From the NCBI RefSeq assembly GCF_009914755.1, contig NC_060936.1: 64,000 nucleotides of DNA; one strand, written 5' to 3'. Under the pieces are notes generated by a model, which saw only the letters and a program-made list of their open reading frames with translations, was not told the DNA's origin and did not search any database. The DNA comes from the human T2T-CHM13v2.0 reference genome, Homo sapiens. Shown piece after piece: positions 1-12,902 of the stretch (position 1 is the stretch's first letter; every line of letters starts with the position of its first letter). Made by a program: the position numbers and the translations under genes.

Positions 1-889
1 TATGGGCAAATAGGTTCTTCCTTTATGACATTCAGTTCTATAAAAGGACAGAAGACAAGTAAATGCACATTTGAAGGACTTTAGAAACTATTTTATCTAC
101 TGCTTGGACAAGCTAATGAATTCTCTAGAGCAAGAGTATGGCAGGTTAATTTATTTCCCATTGACCCAGCAACTAATGTATATAATATTATGGAAACCTT
201 TGTTTATTGCCATGGCAGTGCTAAGTAGGAGGAATTATCCTGAGGTTTGAATGTTCAGTACTTTTTCGACATTCTCTGAAATATTTGACATGTATTTCTG
301 CAGAGGTCTTCTCTCTTGTTACGAGAAACTTATTTTGTTTAATTAAAAACTAAGAAAACATAGACACAACAGCAAATTAGCAAGTATGAATGGTAATTTA
401 TAATCCACGGTTAAATTTCATCATGATAGTAGTATAGAAAACAATGCCTTTCTGAACACCACATTTTGCATATTAAAGAATAGTAGAATTAGCAGATAGT
501 TCTCATAAACCACAATCAAATAATTAAAGAATTAGTCTAGGATATACAAATGGTTTCACCCTCAATGTCACCTTTTATGCTTTCTATTTTTTGTTTCAGT
601 GCAAATTCATTAACCTACTCCTTTTGATGCCTGTCCTTCTGTGAAAAGATTCTTTATGCTGAGTGTTCTTCACTTATCACAATATGTGAAGGAAGAGACC
701 ACAACTTTCTTCAATCTTTTCAGTTTTCTTCTACCTATTTCTTAGTTTCCCTAAATATCTAAGCATTCTCTGTTCTAAATAATCATGTTCAAGTGCTTTC
801 ATTTTCTTGAACATGTCTTTCTATCACATCTGTGTTATCATTTATATTTTTTTCTTCCCTACCTTGTCCATATGGTAAGTATGAACTCA

Positions 890-1421
890 TGTAGGAAATC
901 AGTCAAGGTGGTGGGAGAAATTATAGGAGAAACACAAACCGTCTTGGAAAGCCAAGGTTTTGGAAAAGCTTCGAAAGATAATTTGGCTGAAGGCAGCCAA
1001 ATTCTCTTATCCGGAGCCTGAGAGCAAAAGGTAGATAACAAGGAAGTGTAAACGAATTGATCTAGATAAGTTAGTTTACTTAGGCCTCGGGACCTGGCCT
1101 TTAATCATCTGCGTGCAGGACTGCTCTCTCTGGGGCGGGGCGGGGCAGGGCCGGGGGTAGGCGGTGTGGGGGGTGAGTGGGCAGCGACCATGTTAATTAC
1201 CACAAGAAGTGTGGACTCAAAGCCTTTGTCATTAAATCTGTACTAAATAAATGCCTGCAGTGCCAACTTGTCCTGGCTGTGGCTGCTGTGACTCTTTATG
1301 GCACCCTCCTCCGTGTCTGTGAGCAGCCCAGTCCCCTTGCCATGCAGCCAGGCAAAAAGCCTCTGTCTGCATACTTTTTTTAATCCGTCACTTGCCCGGG
1401 GTCTGCCAGTCAGACCCAGCA
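890..1421 (+). mobile_element. Solo LTR, LTR22 family (HERV-K HML-5)
   Basis: TGTAGG...CAGCA termini, AATAAA near 1246, perfect 6-bp TSD AACTCA (884-889 / 1422-1427); 5' end resembles LTR22 consensus. Confidence 0.85.
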
Positions 1422-1439
1422 AACTCACCTGTCATTGCT

Positions 1440-1985
1440 TGTGTTCCACAAGCCCTTTCTCATGAGAATGCCTAACTACTGGAAAAGAAATATTACTTAT
1501 CAAGAATCTCTGCTTCATCCTGGACACAGATGACTGGATCAGAGTAAATAACTGGTTCAGCTATGGCTCCTCAGATTCTCTTTCCCAGGAATTTGGATTT
1601 GGGATACTGAGGGGCTATACAAAACACTTTCAGGAAGTGCAAAAGCAGATACTGTACTGAACGAGACAAACCAATGGTGGTGATGGGAATGAAAAAACCA
1701 TACAACAGGGGGCATAAGTGACAGTAGCAAACCAAGGACACATGAACACAGAAATAATAGGAAAGCAGGAACTAAGAGTATTAGAGAAGAGAAATAAGTC
1801 TGGAAAGAAGCAGAATTGAGAGACCATGGTTTCCTATGGGAAAGAGTCACAGAGAGAATAAACCCACAAATGTGCCATTTTCAAGAGCCCAAGCTGTTTT
1901 ATTCCTGCAAAGAGAGAGATTTCCTTCCAATCTTTTTACTGGATTTTATTTTTCAGTTTGAGCTAATTGAAGGAGTTTTCTTTGA
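1440..1985 (+). mobile_element. Old MaLR LTR fragment (MLT1J/K-like)
   Basis: Motif cagattctctttcccaggaatttgga typical of old MLT1; highly diverged, boundaries approximate. Confidence 0.35.
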
Positions 1986-2079
1986 CAGCCCTCTCTCTCC
2001 CAGAATGCCTACCTTTTCCTACCCTTCCCCAGTAGAAGGGCCCCTCTGTGTTCAGATGCCTCATTGCTATGATTTCCAT

Positions 2080-2818
2080 TGTTATAGTTCCTTTCTCATT
2101 TGGTCTTGAGGTCTCTCTGTCAAGGTTGGGCATAAGCCAAGATAGACACTCTCTAGGAGAGCCCGTACTGAGGGAAAGTTATGTTCCAGTGTGTCCTTCA
2201 GGTGAAACACTGAAGGACAGTAAAACCAAATGTATGAAAATACATTGAGAAGGGAAAGATTTTCCTCTAGCACCCCCAGAAAGAAATACAGCCCTACCTA
2301 CACCTTGATTTTTGCCCAGTGAGACCCATTTTGGTATAGCAGGTAAAACCAAAATGTATGAAACAGAAGAAACATATTACTTAACAGATCCCAGAGAGGC
2401 TAGGGGAGCTGGCAGGAGGCTGACAGGAAGATGAGGTGACAAGAAGCTCAACCAGTGGATGGGAAGTGAAAGGGAGTGAAACTTGTGGGACTATGCCTTT
2501 ATTAAGGCATGGTGTTACCCTTTAGGTTTTTCCTTGAGACTGTGGATTGGCTAGTTTAAGAAAACACAAGCAAGAGGGGGAACATATTTACATGACTCTG
2601 GTGTTGACCATTAGATTTTATCATGGTAGCAGCTGTGGGGTGTGTTGGGTTTTTTTAGTTAGTGAGATAAGGAATAGGTGGGCTATATCTCAAACAACCA
2701 CAGTGGGAAAAATTTTAACTAGGCCAAAAGTGATAGGGTAGGACTGGGTTTCAAACAACTCATGTCAGGTCTAAAAGTGGATGCTGAGGCAGCAACTTCA
2801 TTAAAGAAATTTATGACA
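2080..2818 (-). mobile_element. Solo ERVL-class LTR (MER54/MER73/MER74-like) carrying an internal templated insertion
   Basis: TGT...ACA termini; minus strand starts TGTCATAAATTTCTTTAATGAAGTTGCTGCCTCAGCATCC; subfamily uncertain. Confidence 0.55.
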
Positions 2819-2889
2819 CTCATATATCCTATATGTGCTTTTTTTTTTTTTACAACCTCCATTAACCTTTGCTCAATGTACTTTTTTAT

Positions 2890-2951
2890 GTCTGTCTCCA
2901 TCATGTTGGATACTTAATAAATATTTGTAGAATAAGTGAAAGAGTGAATGA
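2890..2951 (+). mobile_element. L2 3' tail fragment
   Basis: taataaatatttgtagaataagtgaa...gtgaatga. Confidence 0.55.
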
Positions 2952-3029
2952 AACAGTGAACAAAATTATTTTAAAATCTCTACTGTATTGTCCCTTAAAG
3001 CTAGACTCAGAGATTGGAAAGTTCACATG

Positions 3030-3172
3030 CAGCCTTCCACTCCAACTTTCTAATTTAAAGATAAGAAAACTCAGCCTTGAGAAATTAGGTGACTGTCCAA
3101 GGCCACACAGTTGGTTAGTGGCAAGGTCAGACCTGAAACATAAGTCACTGGTGGTACAATCCAGTGTTCTTT
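3030..3172 (-). mobile_element. MIR
   Basis: Core gataagaaaactcagcc...gtgactgtccaaggccacacag is the reverse complement of the MIR core. Confidence 0.65.
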
Positions 3173-3254
3173 CCAGGAAGCAAACAGAATTTTTCTTTAT
3201 TTTATATCTTTATTTGTAACCTCACCCCTGATTAAACAAACAATACATGAATTC

Positions 3255-3650
3255 AATAGTTTTGGAAAGCTGCTTAGAAATATTCATTAAAAGAAAGCAT
3301 CTGAAACTCTATGGCCCAGAAATTTTGCTCTTAGGTATATACCCAGCAGAAATGTGCCCATATGTTTAACAAGAATGTTCAGAGCAGCCCTAATAATAGT
3401 AGCCTCCAAATAGAGACAACTTGAATGTCCATCAACACTGGAGTAGATGAATACACTAGGGTACATTCACAAAATGGAATACTAAATAAATCAATGGGAA
3501 TGAAAAAAAACTATAACTACATGCAACAATGTAGATGAATCTTACACAAAATAATATGAAGGCAAATAAACCAGACACAAAATAATATGTACTTTATGAT
3601 TCCAATTTTTAAAAGTTCAAAACCAGGCAAAATGTATTTATGGCTTTTTT
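3255..3650 (+). mobile_element. L1M (L1ME-like) 3' region fragment
   Basis: tatacccagcagaaatg, aatgtccatcaac, caaaatggaatact, gatgaatctt motifs. Confidence 0.7.
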
Positions 3651-3794
3651 GGACTAGTATGTAGGTTTTGAGTGGTGTTCACTTGAAAGTTAAGAAAAGA
3701 AGCCAGAAATCAAGACTAAGAAATATTTAGAACATAGGATGAGTATTAATATTGTTGCATATTTCCAATCATATTTTATGCATGTACACACTAT

Positions 3795-4095
3795 CTGCAC
3801 TTTTGTAATCCCCAAAGTTCAAAACCCAAGTTTTTTTTATAGCTCATTTGGCAACAAAATTCTGACCTGAACTGAACTCATTTGGTGACAAAGCCTGACC
3901 TCAACTGACATGAGGCTATTTATAGTCTTTATTTTTTCACTTGGGGTGAATATTCATACATTTCCTGCAGAAAGATTAATGTGCTTGAATATAGGATGCT
4001 GTTGCAGACACTGCTGAGAGTGTTATCTTTAAATCCTAAAAATTCTGAACTTCAAAATACATCTGGTCCTAAGGATTCAATATATGACTTTAGGT
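3795..4095 (-). mobile_element. MER96B-like hAT DNA transposon remnant
   Basis: aaaattctgaacttcaaaatacatctggtcctaaggatt and repeated ctgacctgaactga motifs. Confidence 0.5.
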
Positions 4096-4097
4096 AT

Positions 4098-4557
4098 TGT
4101 GGTAGGCAAAGTAAAGACTCCCCAAAGATGTTCATATCCTAAACTCTGGAACCTGTGAATATGTTAAGTTACATGGCAAGGTGGAATTAAGGTTGCAGAT
4201 GAATTAAGGTTGCCAATTAGCTGATGCTGAGATGAAAGATAATCCTGAATTAACTTGGTGGGCCCAATGTAATCACAAGGGTTCTTATGAGTGAAGATGG
4301 AGACAGAAAAGAGAGAACCAGAGACAGCAGTGTGAGAAGACTCGGCCCAACACGGCTGACTTTGAAGATGAAGAAAGAGGGTCATAAGCCAAAGAATGTA
4401 AGTAGCCTCTGAAAGCTTAAAAAGGTCAAGAAAAAGATTTTTCTCTAGCACCCCCAGAAAGAAATACAGCCCTACCTACACCTTTATTTTTGCCCAGTGA
4501 GACCCATTTTGGTAGTAATTTGGTAGTTTGTTATGGCAACAATAAGAAACTAATACA
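4098..4557 (+). mobile_element. MLT1D/E-like MaLR solo LTR
   Basis: TGTGGTAGGC...AACTAATACA termini; ggaattaaggttgcagatgaattaaggttg; gggcccaatgtaatcacaagggt. Confidence 0.85.
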
Positions 4558-4741
4558 TCTATATTTATATTATATATACATATATACACATGTATGTACC
4601 ATGAAATTTATACACATATGTATGTGTGTATATATGTGTGTATGCATTTAGATATATAGTGTGTATATATGCTTATACACATTTTTACACAATATCTGAA
4701 TCAAACAGTGAATGGCACAGAATAGAAAATAAGAATCTTGA

Positions 4742-5030
<289 letters not shown>

Positions 5031-5099
5031 AAGAATTTTGAATAGATGAATGAATGAATGAATGAATTGAATGAATTGAGAGTGGAAAGGAGTCAACTC

Positions 5100-5490
5100 T
5101 TGGGCTGTGTAACAGGCAACTATTGTTACATAACAAACTCAAAACTTCAGTGGCAAACAACATTCTTTCTAGATCACAAGTTTGCAGGTCATCTCAGGCA
5201 GCTTAGTTCCATATTTCATATCAGCTGGATGGCTTTGCTCCACGTGTCCTCAGCGTCCTCTCGCAGTGATGGCAGAGGCACAAGGGGGCATGCCTAAATA
5301 CCCATGCACATAACCTGCATCAAGTCTGCTAAAGCACTGACAAAAGTAGGTTACATGGCCAAGTCCAAACTCAAGGAGCAGCAGAGTATACTCATTTTTT
5401 TTTTTATGGAAGGAATTGTAAAGTTACATGAAAATGAAAATGAATACAGGAAGAGGTGAAGAACTGTGACCAAAAATTAATTTACAATAT
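5100..5490 (-). mobile_element. Old MLT1-type LTR fragment
   Basis: cataacaaactcaaaacttcagtggc and agttacatggccaagtccaaactcaagg motifs. Confidence 0.45.
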
Positions 5491-5678
5491 TTATCTTGCC
5501 TTCCATCAAAAAGCAACACTGAAGCCAAATATGGGCTTTGGGCTAGGCCAAACTGAATAAGACCTTCAAGGACCCAAGAAGGAAACTATAAACTGTCATG
5601 CAAGAAAGAATATAGGAATGAGATGCAATTGCCAAGGAAAAATAGTTTCATTTGATTATCTGGTTAGTAAGGAATTAA

Positions 5679-5974
<296 letters not shown>

Positions 5975-6112
5975 GATATGTTTTAAAACAATAATTTATA
6001 AATTTCAAGAAAAGTATTCTTAAGGTAGACAACTATTAAATGTCTAAAAAACAAAATATACACTCAAACTATCAGAAGAATGAACAGATTTATGTCATTA
6101 TTTCTTTTTAAA

Positions 6113-6756
6113 AGTTTTATTTTGTTTTTAATTGACACATAATAGTTGTACATACTTATGGGATATATTGTGATGTTTGGATACATATATACATTGTGTA
6201 ATGATCAAATCAGAGTAATTAGCATATCCATTACCTCAAACACTTGTCATTTTTTGTGGTCAGAATTTTCAAAATCCTCCTTTTCAGGTATTTTAAAATA
6301 TTTTATACAATACATTGTTGTGGACTATAGTATCCTGCTGTGCAATGGAACACCAGAATTTCTTTCTCCTAACTATACCTTTGCACCCTCCTCCCTACTC
6401 TTCTACTCTCTGGTAACCACTATTCTACTTTCTACTTCTATGATATCAATAATTGATATTCCACATATAAGTGAGTCAATGTGGTATTTGTCCTTCTGTC
6501 CTTGGCTTATTTTCTTAACATAATGTCATCTAGGTTAATCCATATTGTTACAATGACAGGATTTCATTTTTTTATAACTGAAGAGTATTCTATTATGTAT
6601 ATATACCACATTTTAAAATCTATCCATTCATTTGTTGGTGGCCACTCAGGTTGATTTTCTATCTTAGCTATGTGAATAGTGCTGCAATAAACATGGGAGT
6701 GAAGATACATCTTTGACATACTGATTTCATTTCCCTTGGAAATATACTCAGTAATC
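6113..6756 (-). mobile_element. L1MA 3' end
   Basis: L1MA-type 3' UTR (ttaattgacacataat...atgatcaaatcagagtaattagcatatcc); ORF 6564-6758 is a degenerate end of ORF2. Confidence 0.85.
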
Positions 6757-8126
6757 ATCTATATATCAACAGCAAACTATCCGAAAAACAAATAAAGAAA
6801 GCAATCGTATTTACAGTCACTACAAAAAAAAACAAAAAACCACGAATAAATTTAGCCAAGGAGGTGAAAGATCTCTATAATGAAAACTACAAAACACTGA
6901 TGAAAGAAACTGAAGAGGACACTAATACATAAAAAGAGATCCCATGTTTATGGATTAAAAAATTAATATGTTGCTAAGATATCCATACTACCCAAAGTAA
7001 TCTACAGATTCAATGCAATCTATATCAAAATACCAGTGAGATATTTCATAGAAATAGAGAAAACAATCCTGAAATTTGTATGTAACCACAAAAGACCCTG
7101 AATAGCCAAAGCAAGATTAAGAAAAAAGAACAAAGCTGGAGGCATCACACTACCTGATTTTAAAATATACTACAAAGCAATATTAACCAAAATAGTATGG
7201 TACTGGCATAAAAACAGATACATAGACCAATGGAACAGAATACAGAACTCCAAAATAAATTCATGTATTTATAGCTAATTGATTTTCTACAAAATTGCCA
7301 AGAATGCACATTGGAGAAAGGACAATCTCTTTAACATGTGGTACTGAGAAAACTGGCTATCCATTTCCAGAAGAATGAAACTAGATCCCTATCTCTTATC
7401 ACTTATAAAAAAGTAAACTCAAAATAGATTGAAAACTTAAGTGTAATACCTGAAAATTCTAAACTAGCAGAAACAAATGTAGGTGAAAACTTTATGACAT
7501 TGGTCTGGGCAAGGATTTTTTTTAATAAGACCTCAAAAGCACAGGCAACAAAAGCAAACATAGACAAATGAAATCACATCAAACTCAAAAACTTTTGCAC
7601 AGCAAAGGAAACAAACAGCAGCGTGAAGAAATAACCTACCGAATGGGAGAAATATTCACAAACTCTGCATCTGACAAGAGGTTGATATCCAGATTATATA
7701 AGGAAATCAAACAACTAAATAGCACAGAAACCTGATAATTCAATTTAAAAATGGGCAAAAGATATGAATACACATTTCTCAAAAGAAGACATACAAATGG
7801 CCAACAGGTATATGGAAAAAATGTTCGACATCACTAATCATCAGGAAAATGCAAATCAAAACCACAATGAGATATTGCCTCACCCGTTAGAATGGCTACT
7901 GTAAAAAAAAAAATGCTGGTGAGGATGTGGAGAAAGGGGAATTATTATACTTTGTTGGTAGGGATGTAAATTGGTATAGCCATTCTGGAAAAAAGTACAG
8001 AGATTCCTCAAAAAAGAAAAAAGTAGAACCATCATATAATCCACTACTGGGCATAAATTCCACTAACGGTCATATATCCAAAGGAAATGAAACCAGTAGC
8101 TCAAAGAGATATCTGCTCTCCCATGA
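6757..8126 (+). mobile_element. L1MA ORF2 C-terminal region, inverted relative to the adjacent 3' end
   Basis: caaagctggaggcatcacactacctga, gaccaatggaacagaata, gcaaatcaaaaccacaatgaga. Confidence 0.88.
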
Positions 8127-9327
8127 TTGATTAATACAAGCCTGTTGAGGCTGATCTTGGTTTCAAAATTCCATAGGCTAAACTATTATATCTTTAGGAG
8201 GAGATATAAGAAGCCACATCAGTGCCCTTAACTGTCCCCTTATTATGCATGGACAAGATGAACAGCACCCCATAAAAGAAATTAGCAGATTTTCCCTTGC
8301 GATCCAAGAAGCATGTCTATGTTTTGCCTCTAGCCTCCTCTCTGAACATTCTTGCGTGGATTTTTGTTTTTTTCTCATTACCCTGTACCCTCCTCATAGT
8401 CACTTTGTATTCAGGCCCAGTACGCAATTTTCTTTATTCCCTTGAAAGCCCTTTCTCAGGACATCCTTAGATTCACCTGCTGCAGACCGTACATCCATAC
8501 CCAGGCATTCCAGCCCCAGCCTAGCTCCCTAGAACTCCAGTAATAGTCCAACATTTCAGGTGCCAGGTCATCAACAAAAAGAGAAACATGGACGTGAATA
8601 AGGTAGACTATTAAAATCAAATAAACATTTTATTAATGGATTTGCACTTTCTTATAATTCTGTGTCAAATCCCAATAATGAGAATATGGCACATACACCA
8701 TAGTCAGTGTTGTGATTATTTACACATGTTGGTCCCATTGGGGCCTTTTCAGATGGGTCCTTCATTGTCCTCATGTGACAGATTCTGAAAACACAGTATG
8801 ATTTTGACTAATGGAATCAAAAATGATCAACTGTTGAGAAAATTTCATTAAGATTATTTCACAAGATTATCAGTCTCTAATCATAAACAGGCTTCATGGG
8901 AACCCATAATGTAACCACTATTTGGGGAGTATTGTACCAAAACAAAGGAATTGAGGTGTCTTGAAACAGTATTTTCCACCATAAAATAACCCAGCCAATG
9001 CAATTGTGAAACTTGAAACCAGGACCCACGTTTCCTTCACTGAAAAGTGACTGCTTTAGCTGCTGACCACATTTTGTATCTGTTCTTCCTTTTGTAGGTA
9101 CCGTGTGATCTGCTGATCCTGTGTCAGCTCTGCTCTTTGGATATGTCAATGTTGCTATATACGCCAAAGTGAGACTTTGAATATGTACCTTCATTGGAAT
9201 TTGGGTATGCAGCACAGTTCTTTATGATACATGTTCCTGGGATCTCATAGGTAAGGTGGTTTGGAATGGTTCACTTCATCTGTTATGTGTTAAGATTATT
9301 GTATTAGAAGTGTGGGTTCTGAGGAAC

Positions 9328-10420
9328 TTCACTGATTCCTTCAACAAATATTTATTGAGTGCTCACTATGCAGGAGGCACTGTTCTGAGTATTAATGAAA
9401 TAGTAGTTTTTTTTAAAAAAAAAGTCTGTGCCCCCATGGAGCTTATATTATGATGAGCGAGACTGCTTTTAGTTAAGCAAACTACTATAATATACTATTA
9501 TGCTATGATACAAGCAACAAAAAAATGCAGGGAAAGGGATAGACAGAATTGGGACGAGGCAGAAAAAGACTATCCTAGATTGAGTTTTTGAGGAAGGCTC
9601 TCTGAGAAAGCGATTATGGACTTTAGACATGAAAAGAACGAGAAGTCATGCCTTTTAAATACCTGGGGAAGAAGTATTCCAGGCAATGAAAACTTGAGTT
9701 CAAAGGCACTGAGTTGGGAGTACAGTTGACATTTTCCCAAGTGGGTAGGGTTGCTAGAGGAGTGGATGAGAGGAAAATGATTGGAAATAAGGTATGGAAA
9801 GGAGGCAAGGGTCAGGTTGTAGAGGACTTTGAAGGCCATGGGGAGGACATTGGAGTTTTTTCTAAGTCTCAAGTGGGAGATTGACATGACCAGATTGAAA
9901 TGTTACAGGGTTCACTAGTAACCCTTGTAGTATGAATGGTAGTGTGAGGACTACAAAAGAGAAAGTAGGGAGATGGATCATTTGGGTATTTTAGTAGTTC
10001 AGGCAAAAGATGATGTTGGTGAGGGCGGTGGCAGTAGCAGTGAGGAAGTGAGATATGGACAGGATGAGATAGAAAAGACATAGTGATGACTCCAAGGTTT
10101 TGGTTCTAAATAATTGAAAGGCGACCATTTTCTGAGATGGGAAACACTGGGAGAGGAGTTTGGGGGCAGAGTTTTGCATATATTAACTTCAAGATATTTA
10201 TTGAATAGCCAAATAGAGATCTCATAGAGAGGGCTGGGCAACTGAGTCTGAAGTTCAAGGAATTGTTTGTATTATAAATACACACTGGGGAGTCATTTCT
10301 GAACCCTAGGTAATCTTAAAACCATGGTACTTGGTGAGTTTACCTATAGGATTGAGTCTAGCCAGGGTAGGGTTGGATCCTGGAGGCTGGATCCCTGGGG
10401 CATTCCAACAAGTGCAGAAA
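9328..10420 (-). mobile_element. L2 (3' portion)
   Basis: ttcaacaaatatttattgagtgc 3' end followed by typical purine-rich L2 antisense sequence. Confidence 0.8.
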
Positions 10421-11270
10421 CAGGGCCTACAAGTGCCTTGTGAGAAAGGAGGAAGCCCCGAGTCTCCACCATGAGTCTTCACACCATATGCCCTGAATAT
10501 TTCTGCTAATCCAATATCTGAAAGGCTCCTTGATCATGGTTTCTCTAAATATCACTACATTAAGAACCAATATTTATATCAGTAGGTACTAATACAATAT
10601 TAGTAATAAATTGAGATATCAACTTGCTTATCTCACTCTTCCGAAGAATAACTAAAAACCGCATAGTACGTCTGACTTTTCCTTACAGACTCTCCCACCA
10701 CTGGCCCCCAAATTCCATTTCTGGAATTTCCAATGGACTTATCAGATTTTATTTAAAGAAATGTTAATAGAAGCAAACTTGTCAAATATGACAAAAGCTG
10801 AAAAATTGTTTAAAGGTTAAATAAATACTAAAATCTGAGGCTAATTATTTCTAAAATGTAAAATTTTGTCACATCCCCTCGAAGAGATTAAAAAATAATT
10901 TTAATTCAGTCCATTAGAGTAAACTGATTTTTTAAATAGAAGGAAGTTTCTGAGAAAGGAATTAATTAGTCATAAGGGCCATTAGATCTCCTAAAATGAA
11001 CAGAGGGTTCCACTGGAAATTATATAAATATTCATAAAAATATCACTTTTACTGATAAGATGTCATTTGCTTTATTAAAATCATCTCATTTGAAGAAAGT
11101 ATCCCCAGAGAATTATGAGAATACAGGTTAGTAGGAATATTAACTATGACAAAATTTTAAACACCTTAATTCTCCCTTTTAATTCTCCTTATTTTGGGGG
11201 GTGGGGGCAAGTAAGTTTAACAAGTTAATTTAAAACTTGAAAATTATTGTTATGTGTCTTCCCTGTCCCC

Positions 11271-12563
11271 ACTTTATTAAGATATAATTGATGAATAAAA
11301 ATTGCATATATTTATGGTGTACAACATGATGTTTTGATATGTGCATACATTGTAAAATGATTAAATCAAGTTAATTAACATATCTATTGCTTTATATACT
11401 TAATTTTTGGTGGTGTTAACCTTTAAGATCTACTCTCAGCTATTTTCAATTATAAATTACATTATTATTAGCTGTAGGTACCGTCCTATACAATACATCT
11501 CTAGAACTTATTCATCCTATATAACTAAACCATTGTACCCTTTGATCAACATCTCCTCATCTCCCCTGCCCATCAACCCCCCAGCCCCTGGTAACGACCA
11601 TTTTACTCTCTGCTTCTATAAGTTTGACTTTTAGATTCCACATATAAGTGAAATCATGCACTATTTGACCTTCTGTACCTGGCTTATTTCACTTAGTGTA
11701 ATGTCCTCCAGGTTCATCCGTGTTGTTACAAATAACAGAATTTCCTTTTTTAAGGCTGAATAATATTCCATTGTACGTATGTACTATAATTTGTTTATTC
11801 ATTCATCTATGGGTGGACATTTAGGTTGTTTCCATAGCTTGACTATTGTGAATAGTGCTGCAGTGAACATGGAAATGCAGATACCTCTTCAAGATCCTGA
11901 ATTCAATTCCTTTGGATATATACCCAGAAATAGAATTGGTGGAACTACTGGATCATATGGTAGTTCTATTTTAAATAGTTTGAGGAACCTCCACATTGTT
12001 TTCCATAATGGCTGTACCAAATTGCATTCCCGCCAGCAGTGTGCGAGAGTTCCCTTTTCTCCACATCTTCATGAATACTTATCTTTTGTCTTTTAGACAA
12101 AATTACTCTACCCAGGTATGAGGTGTTATCTCATTGTGATTATAATTTGCATTTCCCTGATGATAAATGACTTTGAGCATTTTCTCATATACCTATTGGG
12201 CATTTGTGTGTCTTCTTTTGAGAAGTGTTTATTCTGGTCCTTTGCCCATATTTTTAATTAGGTTATTATTCTTATTATTGCTATAGTGTTGTTTGAGTTT
12301 CATATATATTTTGAATATTAACCCCTTATTACATGTATGATTTGCAAATGTTTTCTCCCACTCCATAGATTGTCTCTTTACTCTGTTGATGGTTTCCTTG
12401 GCTGAACAGGAGCTTTTTAGTTTGATGCAGTCCATCAATTTTTGCTTTTGTTTCCTGCACTTTTGAGGTCGTATTAAAAAAATCATTGACCATACCCATG
12501 TTAAGAAGCATTTTACTTATGTTTTCCAATAGTAGTTTTACAGTTTCAGATCTTACACTTAAG
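11271..12563 (-). mobile_element. L1MA (MA8/9-like), 5'-truncated
   Basis: L1MA 3' UTR start; ORF 12229-12486 (KETINRVKRQSMEWEKTFANH) is an ORF2 remnant. Confidence 0.88.
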
Positions 12564-12902
12564 TGTAATGTATCTTATGGTAGCTGTTGACATGCCAGTT
12601 TATTGGTAATGGCCAACTACTTCTCACTGATGGAAGAAGGCTATACTGTCTAGAAAATATCTGCTGCACATACGATGGCAAATTAGAATACACGATTTCT
12701 ACTCCCAAGTCATTCAGAGAGTTGTAAAAGAAAGCAAAGCAAAATAAAATATTATAAAATTAGGTTTGGTCCACTCACTCTGGATGATCTTAGATGGATG
12801 TTTGGGTTTTTTTTTATCATGTAACCTCAAATTGCATTGCTGGATTCCAGGTATAGCAATTTTTTATAGTATAGGTAGACAGGTAATACTTTTGGATGGT
12901 TT

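Noticed and set aside
4560-4685. TA/CA-rich tracts (also 18405-18465, 30220-30340, 37160-37200)
   Set aside because: Ordinary low-complexity sequence
6146-6523. 125-aa hydrophobic ORF (similar ORFs at 11779-12096 and 21150-21494)
   Set aside because: Antisense translations of L1 sequence
8200-9060. Possible decayed Gypsy/ERV pol sequence (also 28480-28790)
   Set aside because: Only vague resemblance; no run of diagnostic motifs could be reconstructed by eye
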